DNA of 64,000 nucleotides, from positions 160,001-224,000 of IMG/VR virus record IMGVR_UViG_3300010049_000009; one strand, 5' to 3'. Below the pieces are notes generated by a model. It ran no database searches. It was not told where the DNA came from and was given only the letters and a program-made list of their open reading frames with translations. Made by a program: the position numbers and the translations under genes. Source of the stretch: a virus. Lineage: Duplodnaviria > Heunggongvirae > Uroviricota > Caudoviricetes. Of this stretch, positions 1-10,216 are shown in pieces. Numbering within the stretch: the stretch's first letter is position 1; the number at the start of each line of letters is the position of its first letter.

Positions 1-136
1 ATATGAATCCGAAGAACAATTAGAAAGACCATATTACGCGGGTTATATTAATGATACCAGGCAACAGAGAAGAAGGGTTATTTAAGACTTGATTTGTTCA
101 CAATATGATTTATATTATATGTAAAATCATATTAAA

Positions 137-907
137 ATGGAAAATAAAGTTGAATACATTCTCGGATTAGACATTTCAACAAGTGTTATTGGAATGTCAT
201 TATTTAAACATGAGAATAACGTTTTGGATATTGTCTTATCCGAAAGTCTTGAATTAAAAAGAAAGGATATAAACAAACTGAAAGGATTGGAAGCATTGCT
301 TTTGAAAAGTAAAATTTTTGAAGACAAATTGATACAATACAACGCAATAATTCAAATGACATACAAGTCGGTTATCAGTAGAGTTATTATTGAAACACCG
401 TTAGTTGCTTCCAACAATATTTTGACAGTTGGTGTACTGATGCGTTTCAGTGGTATAATTACAAGTATTGTTTATAACACATTGAACGTTGTACCGGAAG
501 AAATTTCTTCGTATGACGCACGTTGCTTCGGATTTCCCCAATTAATGGAAGTAACAGTGTATAATAAAAAGGGGGAAAAGAGGGATATAAAAGACATCAA
601 AAGAGATTTGAAAAATGGTAAGATAACTTTATTTGGTGGTTTCCCTTTTGGAATTGACAAAAAAAATGTTATATTTGATTTGTTGTTGGAACGTTATCCG
701 AACATTAACGTTTTATACAATAAGTCAGGTGAACTAAAACGTGAAAATTTTGATTCTACGGATAGTATGGTGTGTGTGTTCGCACGTCTAAATGTAGAAA
801 AATGTGGTGAAAAACCGACATTAGTATCTCACGAAATTTTTCCTGACAGAATAGAATATAAAACACAGTGGAATAATATTATTTATGACCACACAATAAC
901 ATTTTAA
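137..907 (+). CDS. RuvC-like Holliday junction resolvase / RNase H-fold nuclease
   Basis: N-terminal ILGLDISTSVIG, central VIIETP and C-terminal DSTDS fit the D-E-D-D acidic layout of RuvC-type resolvases. Confidence 0.6.
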   Translation: MENKVEYILGLDISTSVIGMSLFKHENNVLDIVLSESLELKRKDINKLKGLEALLLKSKIFEDKLIQYNAIIQMTYKSVISRVIIETPLVASNNILTVGVLMRFSGIITSIVYNTLNVVPEEISSYDARCFGFPQLMEVTVYNKKGEKRDIKDIKRDLKNGKITLFGGFPFGIDKKNVIFDLLLERYPNINVLYNKSGELKRENFDSTDSMVCVFARLNVEKCGEKPTLVSHEIFPDRIEYKTQWNNIIYDHTITF

Positions 908-1978
908 ATGGATAAAACATATTCGATAAAGTTAAGAAATAGATTTGTTGATGATTTCAATTTACCTATTAGTGTATTAGATTCACCATATTTTTATCAT
1001 CAATTAAAATTGTATAATGAATATAATGGTGCTTACACTAAATGGCGGTGGTTAGTATCGTTGATTGAAGAGCATTATGGGGGTATGGAAAATTTATTTT
1101 TGGAAGATTATTATTTTTACAGAAATAAGATTATTACTACCCTCGAAAAATCATTTGATCATATAATGTTTAATACAGCCGATATGACCAAATATTCGAT
1201 TTCCGATGGTGAATTTAATAGTATTCCAAGAACATCGGTGTATTCTAAAAATAACGATAATGCTGTGTTTTTATCGTTGGATTTAAAACACGCCAACTTC
1301 CAGGGGTTGAAATTTGTTCACCCTTCGTTAGTTAATAACACAAAGAATTACGAGGAATTTATTAAATTTCATTTGGAAGAAGAAAACCATCCATTGATTT
1401 CTTACTTTGTAGATAGTAAGTACACACGCCAAGTTATTTTCGGAAAACTTAATGCGAGTAGAAATATTGTCGTTCAGAATTATATGATAAATAGAATTTG
1501 GAATGTATTAAAAAATCTAAATGTTGTACGAACACGTGGTTTTTGGGAAAAATTAATTGACGGACAAAGAATTAAAGTTCATTCTCGACAGTCTGATGAA
1601 TTGATTTTGAAGTTTGAAGAGTATGAAGGTTATGATACTTTGGCGTTCATAGAAGATTTAGTTGAAATACGTAAAGCAATAGAAAGTGAATTAGGTTCTA
1701 TTGAAATCAACACTAATTTGTTTAAATTAAAACTTCACACATTTGAAACACCGTGTGGAAATCAGTTTGATGTTTATGAAAAGGTGAGTTTGGATAATGT
1801 ATCCCCACATAATATAAAAGAAACGTCAAAACCGGGAAAAATTAAATCGTGTCCGATAACATATTTTCCACAAGTCTTTAAATTTTTATTTAAACCCGGT
1901 ATTGGTGATATGGATTTGGTTTTTTATTATGAGAAAAATTTAGCAAAATTTTTGTCGCCGATTAAAAAAATAGTATAA
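908..1978 (+). CDS. hypothetical protein with possible polymerase palm-like motifs
   Basis: 356-aa ORF abutting the upstream gene; SLDLKHANF and SDELI loosely resemble palm motifs A and C. Confidence 0.5.
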   Translation: MDKTYSIKLRNRFVDDFNLPISVLDSPYFYHQLKLYNEYNGAYTKWRWLVSLIEEHYGGMENLFLEDYYFYRNKIITTLEKSFDHIMFNTADMTKYSISDGEFNSIPRTSVYSKNNDNAVFLSLDLKHANFQGLKFVHPSLVNNTKNYEEFIKFHLEEENHPLISYFVDSKYTRQVIFGKLNASRNIVVQNYMINRIWNVLKNLNVVRTRGFWEKLIDGQRIKVHSRQSDELILKFEEYEGYDTLAFIEDLVEIRKAIESELGSIEINTNLFKLKLHTFETPCGNQFDVYEKVSLDNVSPHNIKETSKPGKIKSCPITYFPQVFKFLFKPGIGDMDLVFYYEKNLAKFLSPIKKIV

Positions 1979-2013
1979 TTGAAATAATATTAATATAATT
2001 AAATATAGTTTTT

Positions 2014-2490
2014 ATGATAAATCGAGTAATAGTTAGTGGTCGCCTTGGGGCAGACCCACGTATAACGGACTTTGACGGCGGTGGTAAAGCAGCACAATTC
2101 AGCATCGCAGTTACAGAACGTGGATACAAAAAGGGTGATGGAACAGAGGTTCCTGATAGAACAGAGTGGATTCGTATAGAAACCGGACGTGCGGGTATCG
2201 CAGGTGTTATCGAAAAATTTCTTAAAAAGGGTTCACATGTTACCATTGACGGTAAATTAAGAAACCGTGAGTGGGAAAAAGACGGTGTGAAACAATACTC
2301 TACGGTTGTTCAGATTGAGAGTATGGAATTAGGACCTAAAAACGGTGAATCAACAGGCGGTAATGGTGCACCACCACCGGAAGTAGAACAACCACAAGGA
2401 TCAAGAGTGGCAAAGAACAGTAGTTCTACAGCCACCACTAATTCCGCACCCCCACCAAATTATCAGGAAGAAGATGATCTTCCATTTTGA
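2014..2490 (+). CDS. ssb: single-stranded DNA-binding protein
   Basis: MINRVIVSGRLGADP OB-fold start, GKLRNREWEKDG, acidic C-terminal EEDDLPF tail. Confidence 0.95.
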   Translation: MINRVIVSGRLGADPRITDFDGGGKAAQFSIAVTERGYKKGDGTEVPDRTEWIRIETGRAGIAGVIEKFLKKGSHVTIDGKLRNREWEKDGVKQYSTVVQIESMELGPKNGESTGGNGAPPPEVEQPQGSRVAKNSSSTATTNSAPPPNYQEEDDLPF

Positions 2491-2510
2491 GTGTAGTTAT
2501 TGTGATTGGG

Positions 2511-2542
2511 AAAAGGTAACATCGTTTGGTGTTGCCTTTTTT
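2511..2542 (+). terminator. intrinsic terminator after ssb
   Basis: aaaaggtaac/gttgcctttt stem followed by a T run. Confidence 0.75.
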
Positions 2543-2549
2543 AGTATAT

Positions 2550-2579
2550 AAAAAAAGAGGTCTAATAGACCTCTTTTTT
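2550..2579 (-). terminator. intrinsic terminator after the major capsid gene (possibly bidirectional)
   Basis: perfect inverted repeat aaaaaagaggtcta-a-tagacctctttttt between convergent genes. Confidence 0.8.
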
Positions 2580-2605
2580 GTTAGTAGTTATACTTATAGT
2601 TTCGC

Positions 2606-4609
2606 TTATCGCAATTCGTTAGTATCCCAAGTAGTCAAACCGTGTACTCTTACCAATCCGTAGAATTTGTTATTAACAACTTTCTTCGCATAACGTGTCA
2701 TGATGAATTTCACCGGGGCAGCGTTAAAAGGATTATAAAGTGTAGGTGTCAGTTGCAGAGGCACATACGGGGCGTAAATGTATCCTGTGTCAAGCATGGA
2801 TTTTCCTTTATGCCCGATCAACAGTGTCCAATGACGTGAGTAAGGGTCTACATACACTTGGTAACGACCGCTCAAATTACCCACTTTTTCCATACCCAAT
2901 GAGTATTCTTCTTCACCCGGAGCTGCATTAGTAGCGTGGAAGTATTCCAAGTTATCAAACACTGCACTAATTTCAGGAGAAACAACTACGAAGTTTGCAC
3001 CACCCATCAAACAAGTCTTGTTAATTTGCGCACTGATTTGGTTGATTTTTGTAATCAATTCTTGGTTCCAATCTTTTTGCGTGTAGTTCGTACTTGTTGT
3101 AGCAGTACGTCTCCAACCGTTGAAGTCCCAAGTTAATTGCCACGGCGCGGCCGTTTTCAAATCACGAAGGATTTCTCGGTCAATTTCAACGCTAACTTGT
3201 TGAGCCAGAAGGCTTGTAAGTTCAGCCTCGGCATCGATGTTGTGAAAAGCTGCAACGTCTTGCGCTTGTTCAGGCGACCATGTGCTTCTCAATTTTCTTT
3301 CTTCAACTGCGATAGTAACACTGTCAATTTGGAATGACACTTCACCGATTTCGGTTTCAAGTTCCAAACTATCATATTGTACCCAACATACGAAGAACTC
3401 AATATCTTCAACTTTCAACTTCGGATTAACACCAACATAACCGTCAACAGTCATACCATGATCTATGGTTGGTTTTGACAATTGTGCTTCAACATACATA
3501 TTACCTTCTGCATCACAGAAATTATCTCTTTCTACGATTGCTTTACCGTATTTCTGCGGCAACAATCTGATAGGAATATTTTCGTTTTCTTCAAAAGTCG
3601 AATAACCTTCCTCATCTTGATCTTCGATTGCGTTTCTAGTGATAACTTTCAAAGAAGCTAAAAAGGTTTCCGTATCCATTTCATTTCCATCGGGACCTAT
3701 CAGCAAACCCGCGTTATAGTTGTTAAATCCTGTGATTTTCAGAATAACATTTCTGATAGAACCGTCTTCACGTGAAGGAATAAAATCATCGGTTGGTGCA
3801 AGTTCAGCAAAAGTACGGCTTGGGGTTAATCTACAAGCGGCTGCGCCATTAGAAACCTTAATCCACGCACGACCTTTTGAGTGATCATACAAGAACTCGT
3901 CATAGAACAAATCATATAATGAAGTTTGCATATAACGTGTTACAACCGGAGTGTTACGAACATCAGATGTTGGGCGACCCGTACCTGTGATACTATCAGA
4001 AGCAGCGTCATAAGCCGCATCTACGTTAGCCCAAGTTGCCATAGGTTTTCTTCCACCAGCAGCATTAGTATCAATTACTTCATCAGGAAGATAAAAACGG
4101 TTGTTTTGCAAACCCTGTACAGGATCACCAAATTCACCATCACCAACAAGTGCACGTTTTCCTGGGTTTTGGAAGTTACGATCATGTCTGTTGTAACCCA
4201 TCAAACCCACGTGTTTCGCCGAACTACCCGACTGAACATTACCTAGATTATCAAGACCTTCCCATTCTCTTTCAGAAGTTACCGGTTTAATATAGAACAA
4301 CTTACCAATGGGTAAATTCAACGCTTGAATAGAAACCAAGTCATTAGCAAGCAATTTACTAAATACTCTCCTAATCAGCGGGAAAACTACGGTTACGAAT
4401 GAACCGGAGTTCGTGGCATCTGTTGCTTCGTGGATAAGGTTTCTTGCAGTATTTTCATACAACAAAGAAATATTTTCCTTCATAACACCTTGCAAGTTTT
4501 GGGTAAAACCTAATTTATCCCAAGTTTCAGATATCCTTTGTCTTTCAGCAGCAACTTGGTTGTAGTGAATATTACCAACCAATCCGCTTTGTAAAAAATT
4601 GTTTATCAT
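2606..4609 (-). CDS. major capsid protein, T4 gp23-like, with a large central insertion
   Basis: PLIRRVF, RKLRSTWSPEQAQDVAAFHNIDAEAEL, EIDREI, GYIYAPYVPL and MTRYA are gp23-family signature segments. Confidence 0.92.
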   Translation of the reverse strand: MINNFLQSGLVGNIHYNQVAAERQRISETWDKLGFTQNLQGVMKENISLLYENTARNLIHEATDATNSGSFVTVVFPLIRRVFSKLLANDLVSIQALNLPIGKLFYIKPVTSEREWEGLDNLGNVQSGSSAKHVGLMGYNRHDRNFQNPGKRALVGDGEFGDPVQGLQNNRFYLPDEVIDTNAAGGRKPMATWANVDAAYDAASDSITGTGRPTSDVRNTPVVTRYMQTSLYDLFYDEFLYDHSKGRAWIKVSNGAAACRLTPSRTFAELAPTDDFIPSREDGSIRNVILKITGFNNYNAGLLIGPDGNEMDTETFLASLKVITRNAIEDQDEEGYSTFEENENIPIRLLPQKYGKAIVERDNFCDAEGNMYVEAQLSKPTIDHGMTVDGYVGVNPKLKVEDIEFFVCWVQYDSLELETEIGEVSFQIDSVTIAVEERKLRSTWSPEQAQDVAAFHNIDAEAELTSLLAQQVSVEIDREILRDLKTAAPWQLTWDFNGWRRTATTSTNYTQKDWNQELITKINQISAQINKTCLMGGANFVVVSPEISAVFDNLEYFHATNAAPGEEEYSLGMEKVGNLSGRYQVYVDPYSRHWTLLIGHKGKSMLDTGYIYAPYVPLQLTPTLYNPFNAAPVKFIMTRYAKKVVNNKFYGLVRVHGLTTWDTNELR

Positions 4610-4645
4610 TTTCGTTATGTTTTATTTATTGTTTATTTTTGTTTT

Positions 4646-6058
4646 TTATTTTCGATTATAAAGACCTTCCATTCGATTCATTAGATCGATTGATTTTTTA
4701 ACGTCTTCATTAACAACCGTTGGTTGTTCTGTGAGTTTAATTTCGGTAATAATATTATTGAACACCGTATCAACGTTTTCAATAATCGGTTTCCTCATTC
4801 TTAACTCTTTGTTTATTGTTTCATAAAGTGCTTGGATTTCGGGTTGTGTTTTATGACCTTCAAATCTTTCAACGATATTTCTCTTTTCGTCAGTCGTTGT
4901 CGAATGTTCAGAAACTAATTGAATAATTTTTCCTAACTTTTGATTCATTAAAGCCGTTTCTTGTGTTGCAACATAGAAGTTTTGTGCACATTCTCTCAAC
5001 TGTTTTACAGTTTCTTTCAGAATCATATTTTCTTCCACGATTGCTTTCATTTTCGCAACAAGTTCTTTGGTTTCGGTTTTCAGTTGTGCACCGTCACGAA
5101 CCGCAGGTACTCTACCTTGTTGAACAGGAACTTTAACTTGATTGTCGGATTTTTTACCAATGTTTCTCAAACTACGATGAGTTCTCACCAAACCTTCTTC
5201 CATTTCGTCATTTTCAGCAACAACATCTTCTTCGCTTTCATTAACAGATTTTTTGAAAGGTTTGCTATCAGCGTTTTTCACTTTACCTTGACCACTTGTG
5301 CCAAACTCGTGTGATTTTGCGCTGCTGGTGTTATCCTCAAAGGGGTCACTATCACCGTTTTTACCCTTTTTACCACTTGTACCAAATTCATGTGATTTTG
5401 CGCCTTCAACATTACTTTCAAATGGATCACCATCACCGATATTACTACCCTGATGTCTTCCACCTGTACCAGCACCAAAACCACCTTTTCTGTTTTGGGT
5501 GATACCAACAGGTACATCTAATTTAGCCTTAAAATCACCTAGTTTTCCACCCGCATATTGTGGGTTCAATTTACTTATAGACGATTCGCCAAGCATTTCT
5601 TCTTCCTCATTTAAGTCAATAATATAATCAGCACCGGTTTCAGTATCTTCCAATTCAATTGTATCACCTTGTTTAGTGACAATTATTTGGTCAGCATCAG
5701 ACATACTTTTAAATACTTTTATAGCCGCTTCATCATTTTGACTAACGTCGTAAGTATCCTCACCTACTTCAAAATCTTCCATACCGTCAAGTTCTTCTTC
5801 TTCGCCGGGAACCTCGTCAATGACTTCTTCGCCATCAAATTCCCCTTCCGCTGTATCAACTTCGGGTGCAGCAACATCTTGGGTTTGTAAATCAACTTCT
5901 TCTTCTTCTTCGTATTCAGAATTATCTTCTTTTATAATACGTTTCATTTCTTCCTTAATTGATTGTTCCATGATGGCTTTAAGAGAAGCCTCGGTATTTT
6001 GCTTGACGCTTTCTCTTATAGACACAACATCTAATATTGGATTTTCATTTATGTTCAT
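4646..6058 (-). CDS. prohead core scaffold protein (gp22-like position)
   Basis: directly upstream of the capsid gene; acidic N-terminal half, coiled-coil C-terminus, many (I/L/V)xE sites, internal AKSHEFGTSG duplication. Confidence 0.6.
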   Translation of the reverse strand: MNINENPILDVVSIRESVKQNTEASLKAIMEQSIKEEMKRIIKEDNSEYEEEEEVDLQTQDVAAPEVDTAEGEFDGEEVIDEVPGEEEELDGMEDFEVGEDTYDVSQNDEAAIKVFKSMSDADQIIVTKQGDTIELEDTETGADYIIDLNEEEEMLGESSISKLNPQYAGGKLGDFKAKLDVPVGITQNRKGGFGAGTGGRHQGSNIGDGDPFESNVEGAKSHEFGTSGKKGKNGDSDPFEDNTSSAKSHEFGTSGQGKVKNADSKPFKKSVNESEEDVVAENDEMEEGLVRTHRSLRNIGKKSDNQVKVPVQQGRVPAVRDGAQLKTETKELVAKMKAIVEENMILKETVKQLRECAQNFYVATQETALMNQKLGKIIQLVSEHSTTTDEKRNIVERFEGHKTQPEIQALYETINKELRMRKPIIENVDTVFNNIITEIKLTEQPTVVNEDVKKSIDLMNRMEGLYNRK

Positions 6059-6089
6059 AATTGAAATATTATATTTTTCTTATTTTAAT

Positions 6090-6098
6090 AATAAATAG
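6090..6098 (-). promoter_or_regulatory. putative late promoter CTATTTATT (scaffold-capsid operon)
   Basis: motif 31 nt upstream of the ATG on the coding strand; recurs before other virion genes. Confidence 0.7.
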
Positions 6099-6113
6099 TT
6101 AGTTTTTTCAAAA

Positions 6114-7862
6114 TTATTTGTATAGACGGAATTTATCCCTAATATATTTATGTGGAAGTACACAATCATGCATTTTGAAGTACGCTAATAACCCACAAAG
6201 ATTACCCGCAAAGTGTTTCTCTATTGGAAATATGTATCTATCATAATCTTCCGGTTTATCCGATAATATTGTTTCCAACAAACCTTGTGACCCCATCATT
6301 AAACTAATGTTAAATGGAACACCTTCTTGTTTTGACCAATGTTCGTTCAACTCTTTAAACATTGGTTCCATAAAATCTCGCCCAACGAATTTTAATCTTC
6401 CATTGACATACATTTTTATACTACCCTTTCTTTGGGGTATCATCGTACATTTTGGGTCAGGAATATAAACACCATAACATATTTGAACAATGATATTATT
6501 CCATTCACCAAATTTAACAACACCATCCACCGAATATTCTTCAATTAGTTTGGTTGGGTGTTCTTTTCTATCTTCATCACAGTTTATAACATTAATTCTG
6601 TAACCTATTGCCCCCTCCGGTGTTATTCGGAAAGCCATTACATTATTATATGTATCCTTATATATGTCTATTTCGTTATCATATATATCAATGTCTTCAA
6701 AACCCGGTGGTAACTTTTGGTTTGGTTTATCACCCAAATTATATAGATTAATGGAATCACACTGATATTTTTTCCAAAGTTCATAGAAACCATAACTACA
6801 ACAACCGGTAGCACTCACAGGATGTAATTGTGATATAGTCAAACCGGTATTTCTACCTAGTTCGTCAGTTGTTCTATTAAATAATGTATAATAGTTAAGG
6901 TTGGAATTTTTCTTCTGATATGAATAAATAATTTCTTCGGGTATTTCGTCATTATCACCACGACAATCTACTCTGTAACCACAAACACTTCTATTCATGT
7001 ATAAGTATTTGTTGTTAGTTATAATTTCAACAATGTTGGGTGTGTTCAACGCAATACCCTCATTGTTCACCAATTTTTCAAACACTGACTTGGATTTACG
7101 CAAATCCTCTTCGTCTAATAGATTAAGTAAATTACATTCCCCATTTTCTTCTAATATTTTTTTAATATTATTAAGATTTTCTATGTTAATTTTACTTGTG
7201 TAATACCACCACTTATTTTCAGCACGTAATCCTTTATGGAAGAAAATTCCAAAATTTTCAGGATAAAAATGTGATAAGGTATTGTCTTTTATAGTGTTTT
7301 CAGGTTTAATTAAAAATTCATACGCAACACAAAGTTTGGGTCTTGTCGGCAGCGTTTCATATTCGCCAACATGTTTTGGTAGAAACATTTTCCAAAAACC
7401 CTGTAAACCACCACCTTGTGCGTTCACAACCATTCGATTATCTATTTCTTCGTAAGTTAAAGTGTAGTCAATGGGTGGTTCACAATAATAATTTCCCTTC
7501 ACAGGGGTCATATAAAATCGTTTTTCTTCTTCCGGTATATTTAATGTGGTGTTTCGGAAAATATCTTCGAGATCATCTACCCCCCAATTTATTGAAGTAA
7601 CCCCATTATCAACCGAACACAACCCCCAATCTTTAAGGTCAAGACCTGTATTTATTGCTTCTTCCCATGGTTCAACACTATAAATATTATTATTTTCGTC
7701 TATTTCCGATAAACTTGGATCAATGGTAGCAACAACACAATCCACCGTGCGAGATGCTTTTGTTGCATCGGGGTGAAGATAAAAGTCATAATATCGGTTA
7801 TCCACAAGTAACCAACTATCTAAATGATGTCTTTCAGTTCGTCTTATATTAAGATTGCCCAT
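6114..7862 (-). CDS. putative virion protein with LamG/concanavalin A-like C-terminal region
   Basis: 582 aa; GEWNNIIVQI...IKMYVNGRL pattern; late motif upstream. Confidence 0.5.
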   Translation of the reverse strand: MGNLNIRRTERHHLDSWLLVDNRYYDFYLHPDATKASRTVDCVVATIDPSLSEIDENNNIYSVEPWEEAINTGLDLKDWGLCSVDNGVTSINWGVDDLEDIFRNTTLNIPEEEKRFYMTPVKGNYYCEPPIDYTLTYEEIDNRMVVNAQGGGLQGFWKMFLPKHVGEYETLPTRPKLCVAYEFLIKPENTIKDNTLSHFYPENFGIFFHKGLRAENKWWYYTSKINIENLNNIKKILEENGECNLLNLLDEEDLRKSKSVFEKLVNNEGIALNTPNIVEIITNNKYLYMNRSVCGYRVDCRGDNDEIPEEIIYSYQKKNSNLNYYTLFNRTTDELGRNTGLTISQLHPVSATGCCSYGFYELWKKYQCDSINLYNLGDKPNQKLPPGFEDIDIYDNEIDIYKDTYNNVMAFRITPEGAIGYRINVINCDEDRKEHPTKLIEEYSVDGVVKFGEWNNIIVQICYGVYIPDPKCTMIPQRKGSIKMYVNGRLKFVGRDFMEPMFKELNEHWSKQEGVPFNISLMMGSQGLLETILSDKPEDYDRYIFPIEKHFAGNLCGLLAYFKMHDCVLPHKYIRDKFRLYK

Positions 7863-7877
7863 ATTATTTTCATTTCA

Positions 7878-7886
7878 TATAAATAG
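7878..7886 (-). promoter_or_regulatory. putative late promoter CTATTTATA
   Basis: 15 nt upstream of the ATG at 7862. Confidence 0.7.
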
Positions 7887-7891
7887 GCTTT

Positions 7892-7922
7892 TTTGGGATT
7901 TCCTGAAAATGTTGTATTTTTG
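7892..7922 (+). promoter_or_regulatory. Bacteroidota sigma-A-type promoter (TTTG-N19-TATTTTTG)
   Basis: matches the -33 TTTG / -7 TAnnTTTG consensus, 18 nt upstream of the gene at 7941. Confidence 0.65.
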
Positions 7923-7940
7923 TAGTAAAAAGTAAGATAT

Positions 7941-8228
7941 ATGTTCAATTTATCAAACATAAAAATATCCGATATATTTTCAAAGATAGGTGATAGAAAA
8001 ATAACTGACAGAAAATATATAAACGGTTGCCTTATAATTGCAATGGTGTTATTTTGTACATTGGTATATTTGATTATCACAAATATCAAATGGATACTAT
8101 TGGGAATAATAGTTTGGGCGGCGATTTATTTCGGCAAACAAGTATATTATAACCATAAAAACAAAGGGCAATTGAAAATATTAGGATATGAAAAACATCA
8201 AAAGTTTGATGAATATACGGAGTTGTAA
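7941..8228 (+). CDS. small membrane protein (2 TM)
   Basis: two hydrophobic stretches in 95 aa. Confidence 0.6.
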   Translation: MFNLSNIKISDIFSKIGDRKITDRKYINGCLIIAMVLFCTLVYLIITNIKWILLGIIVWAAIYFGKQVYYNHKNKGQLKILGYEKHQKFDEYTEL

Positions 8229-8266
8229 GTGAGTATTTTAAAACAAATTTAATAAATATATAATAT

Positions 8267-9007
8267 ATGTTAGTAGAAAACAATCGTCAACAAATACTGT
8301 TGGACTTCTTAAACCAATTAGAAGAAAATAATTGTATCATTACAGTTGGTAAACGTTGTGATTTTATACCCGCAGTTTTTAGACAGGGTACGAAATATCA
8401 AGTGTATATAGACCAATTTTCGCAATTTCACGATTACGAAGATGTAACCATACTGATTGATAAAATTATCAGGTATGTACCTGACAATGAGTTTATCGAA
8501 TATAAACTTATTTCAATCGAAGAGTTTGGGCAAAAACGTATAAATGATATTAGAAATAACATCCAAAAGAGATTAGATAATATTGATGCACCGGAAAATC
8601 AAGATTTCAAAAACATTATAAGTGATGTTGAAAGAGATATTTCTACATATGTTCTTGCAGACGGAAAAATAAAATATTTGGTGGGTGCTGTATCAACCGA
8701 TGAAGATTGGTATTATATGTATCTTATTCCTAAAAACGCATCAATCAGTGTTGAATATGGTACGTGTGTAGGATTTTACATACCACTACACAGATATTTA
8801 CCTGCGGAAGAATATGAAAGAGTACATGATTACACAATAACAAAGGCACTCAAAGAAGAAAATTTGGAAAAAACCAAACAATGGTTTTATAATAAATTTG
8901 TTGATACAACAGATATGGTTCCATTTACCAATGTGGGTATTAAACCGGGTGAGTGGTGGGAACCATTTTCATTTTTAACTGATAATAATACTTTTTCACC
9001 CGCATAA
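8267..9007 (+). CDS. hypothetical protein
   Basis: 246-aa ORF; stop overlaps the next start. Confidence 0.7.
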   Translation: MLVENNRQQILLDFLNQLEENNCIITVGKRCDFIPAVFRQGTKYQVYIDQFSQFHDYEDVTILIDKIIRYVPDNEFIEYKLISIEEFGQKRINDIRNNIQKRLDNIDAPENQDFKNIISDVERDISTYVLADGKIKYLVGAVSTDEDWYYMYLIPKNASISVEYGTCVGFYIPLHRYLPAEEYERVHDYTITKALKEENLEKTKQWFYNKFVDTTDMVPFTNVGIKPGEWWEPFSFLTDNNTFSPA

Positions 9008-9819
9008 TGATAACTCCGAATACTATACTTAACGGTGATAGTGAAGAAGTATTAAAAACTTTTCCTCGTGATATGGTGGATTTAACATTTTGTAGTCCAC
9101 CATACTATAATGCGAGAGAATATTCACAATATGAAGATTACGATTCATATTTACAAACAATGTGTCGAATATTTAATCAGGTGTATAGGGTTACAAAAGA
9201 GGGGAGGTTTTTAGTAATAAACGTATCACCTGTCATAGAACCAAGATTAAGTCGGGCGCACCAATCAAAGCGGTATCCCATACCGTTTGATTTGGTGTAT
9301 ATGTTGACAAGAACAAAACCATTAGGATTTTACCAACACCCTTACTCTAACATGCCGGGTTGGGATTTCATTGAGGATATCATTTGGGAAAAACCTGAAT
9401 CTTCGGTCAAAAATCGCAACGGACAATTCTTTCAACATAGAAAACCATTATCATATAAACCGAATATTGTACATGAATATTTATTGGTTTTTCGCAAACA
9501 CACTGATAGGTTAATTGATTGGAATTTGCGACAATATCGTAGCGATACAATAGAAGAAAGTAAGGTGGAAGACGGATATGAAAAAACCTCTATATGGGAA
9601 ATACACCCAAAGAGTTCTAAACACCATCCGGCGATTTTTCCCGAAGAACTTTCTGAAAGAGTAATCAAATATTATTCAATGGTCGGCGACACTGTTTTGG
9701 ACCCATTCAGTGGTATCGGAACAACTTGTAAGGTTGCAAAAAAATTAAAAAGAGGGTATATTGGTATTGAACTGAACAATGAATATTATGAGTATTCATT
9801 GAAAAATGTTGAGAATTGA
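9007..9819 (+). CDS. N4-cytosine/N6-adenine DNA methyltransferase (beta class)
   Basis: CSPPY catalytic motif, HPAIFP, then VLDPFSGIGTT SAM motif and GIELN. Confidence 0.9.
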   Translation: MITPNTILNGDSEEVLKTFPRDMVDLTFCSPPYYNAREYSQYEDYDSYLQTMCRIFNQVYRVTKEGRFLVINVSPVIEPRLSRAHQSKRYPIPFDLVYMLTRTKPLGFYQHPYSNMPGWDFIEDIIWEKPESSVKNRNGQFFQHRKPLSYKPNIVHEYLLVFRKHTDRLIDWNLRQYRSDTIEESKVEDGYEKTSIWEIHPKSSKHHPAIFPEELSERVIKYYSMVGDTVLDPFSGIGTTCKVAKKLKRGYIGIELNNEYYEYSLKNVEN

Positions 9820-9837
9820 TAAAAAATGAATGTATAA

Positions 9838-9846
9838 CTATTTATA
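9838..9846 (+). promoter_or_regulatory. putative late promoter CTATTTATA
   Basis: 13 nt upstream of the ATG at 9860. Confidence 0.7.
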
Positions 9847-9859
9847 AAAAAAATAAAAG

Positions 9860-10216
9860 ATGGATAAAATTAAGAATTTTTTAGCGGAAAATTATTTTTG
9901 GATTGTGTTGATACTGTTCTTTGGTGTGTATCTTCAAACATGTAGTCAGCAACGAAATAATAAAGCATTGGTGAGACAAAATCAACAACTGATCATACAA
10001 AACCACGAATTAATACAACAATTAGATACAATAAAACATGGGTTTGTCAACAAAGAAGAGTTGCAACTCTATATCAAAATTGGTGGTTATGAGGTATCAG
10101 AGAACATTTTAAATGATTTTAATGACTTTGCCAGGTCACGCGCCACCCCGACAGAACGGTCGAGATACTACCAAAACCGAAGGGAAGAAATGGAACTCCG
10201 ACTTAATAATAGGTGA
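9860..10216 (+). CDS. membrane-anchored coiled-coil protein
   Basis: N-terminal TM helix followed by a Gln-rich coiled coil. Confidence 0.65.
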   Translation: MDKIKNFLAENYFWIVLILFFGVYLQTCSQQRNNKALVRQNQQLIIQNHELIQQLDTIKHGFVNKEELQLYIKIGGYEVSENILNDFNDFARSRATPTERSRYYQNRREEMELRLNNR

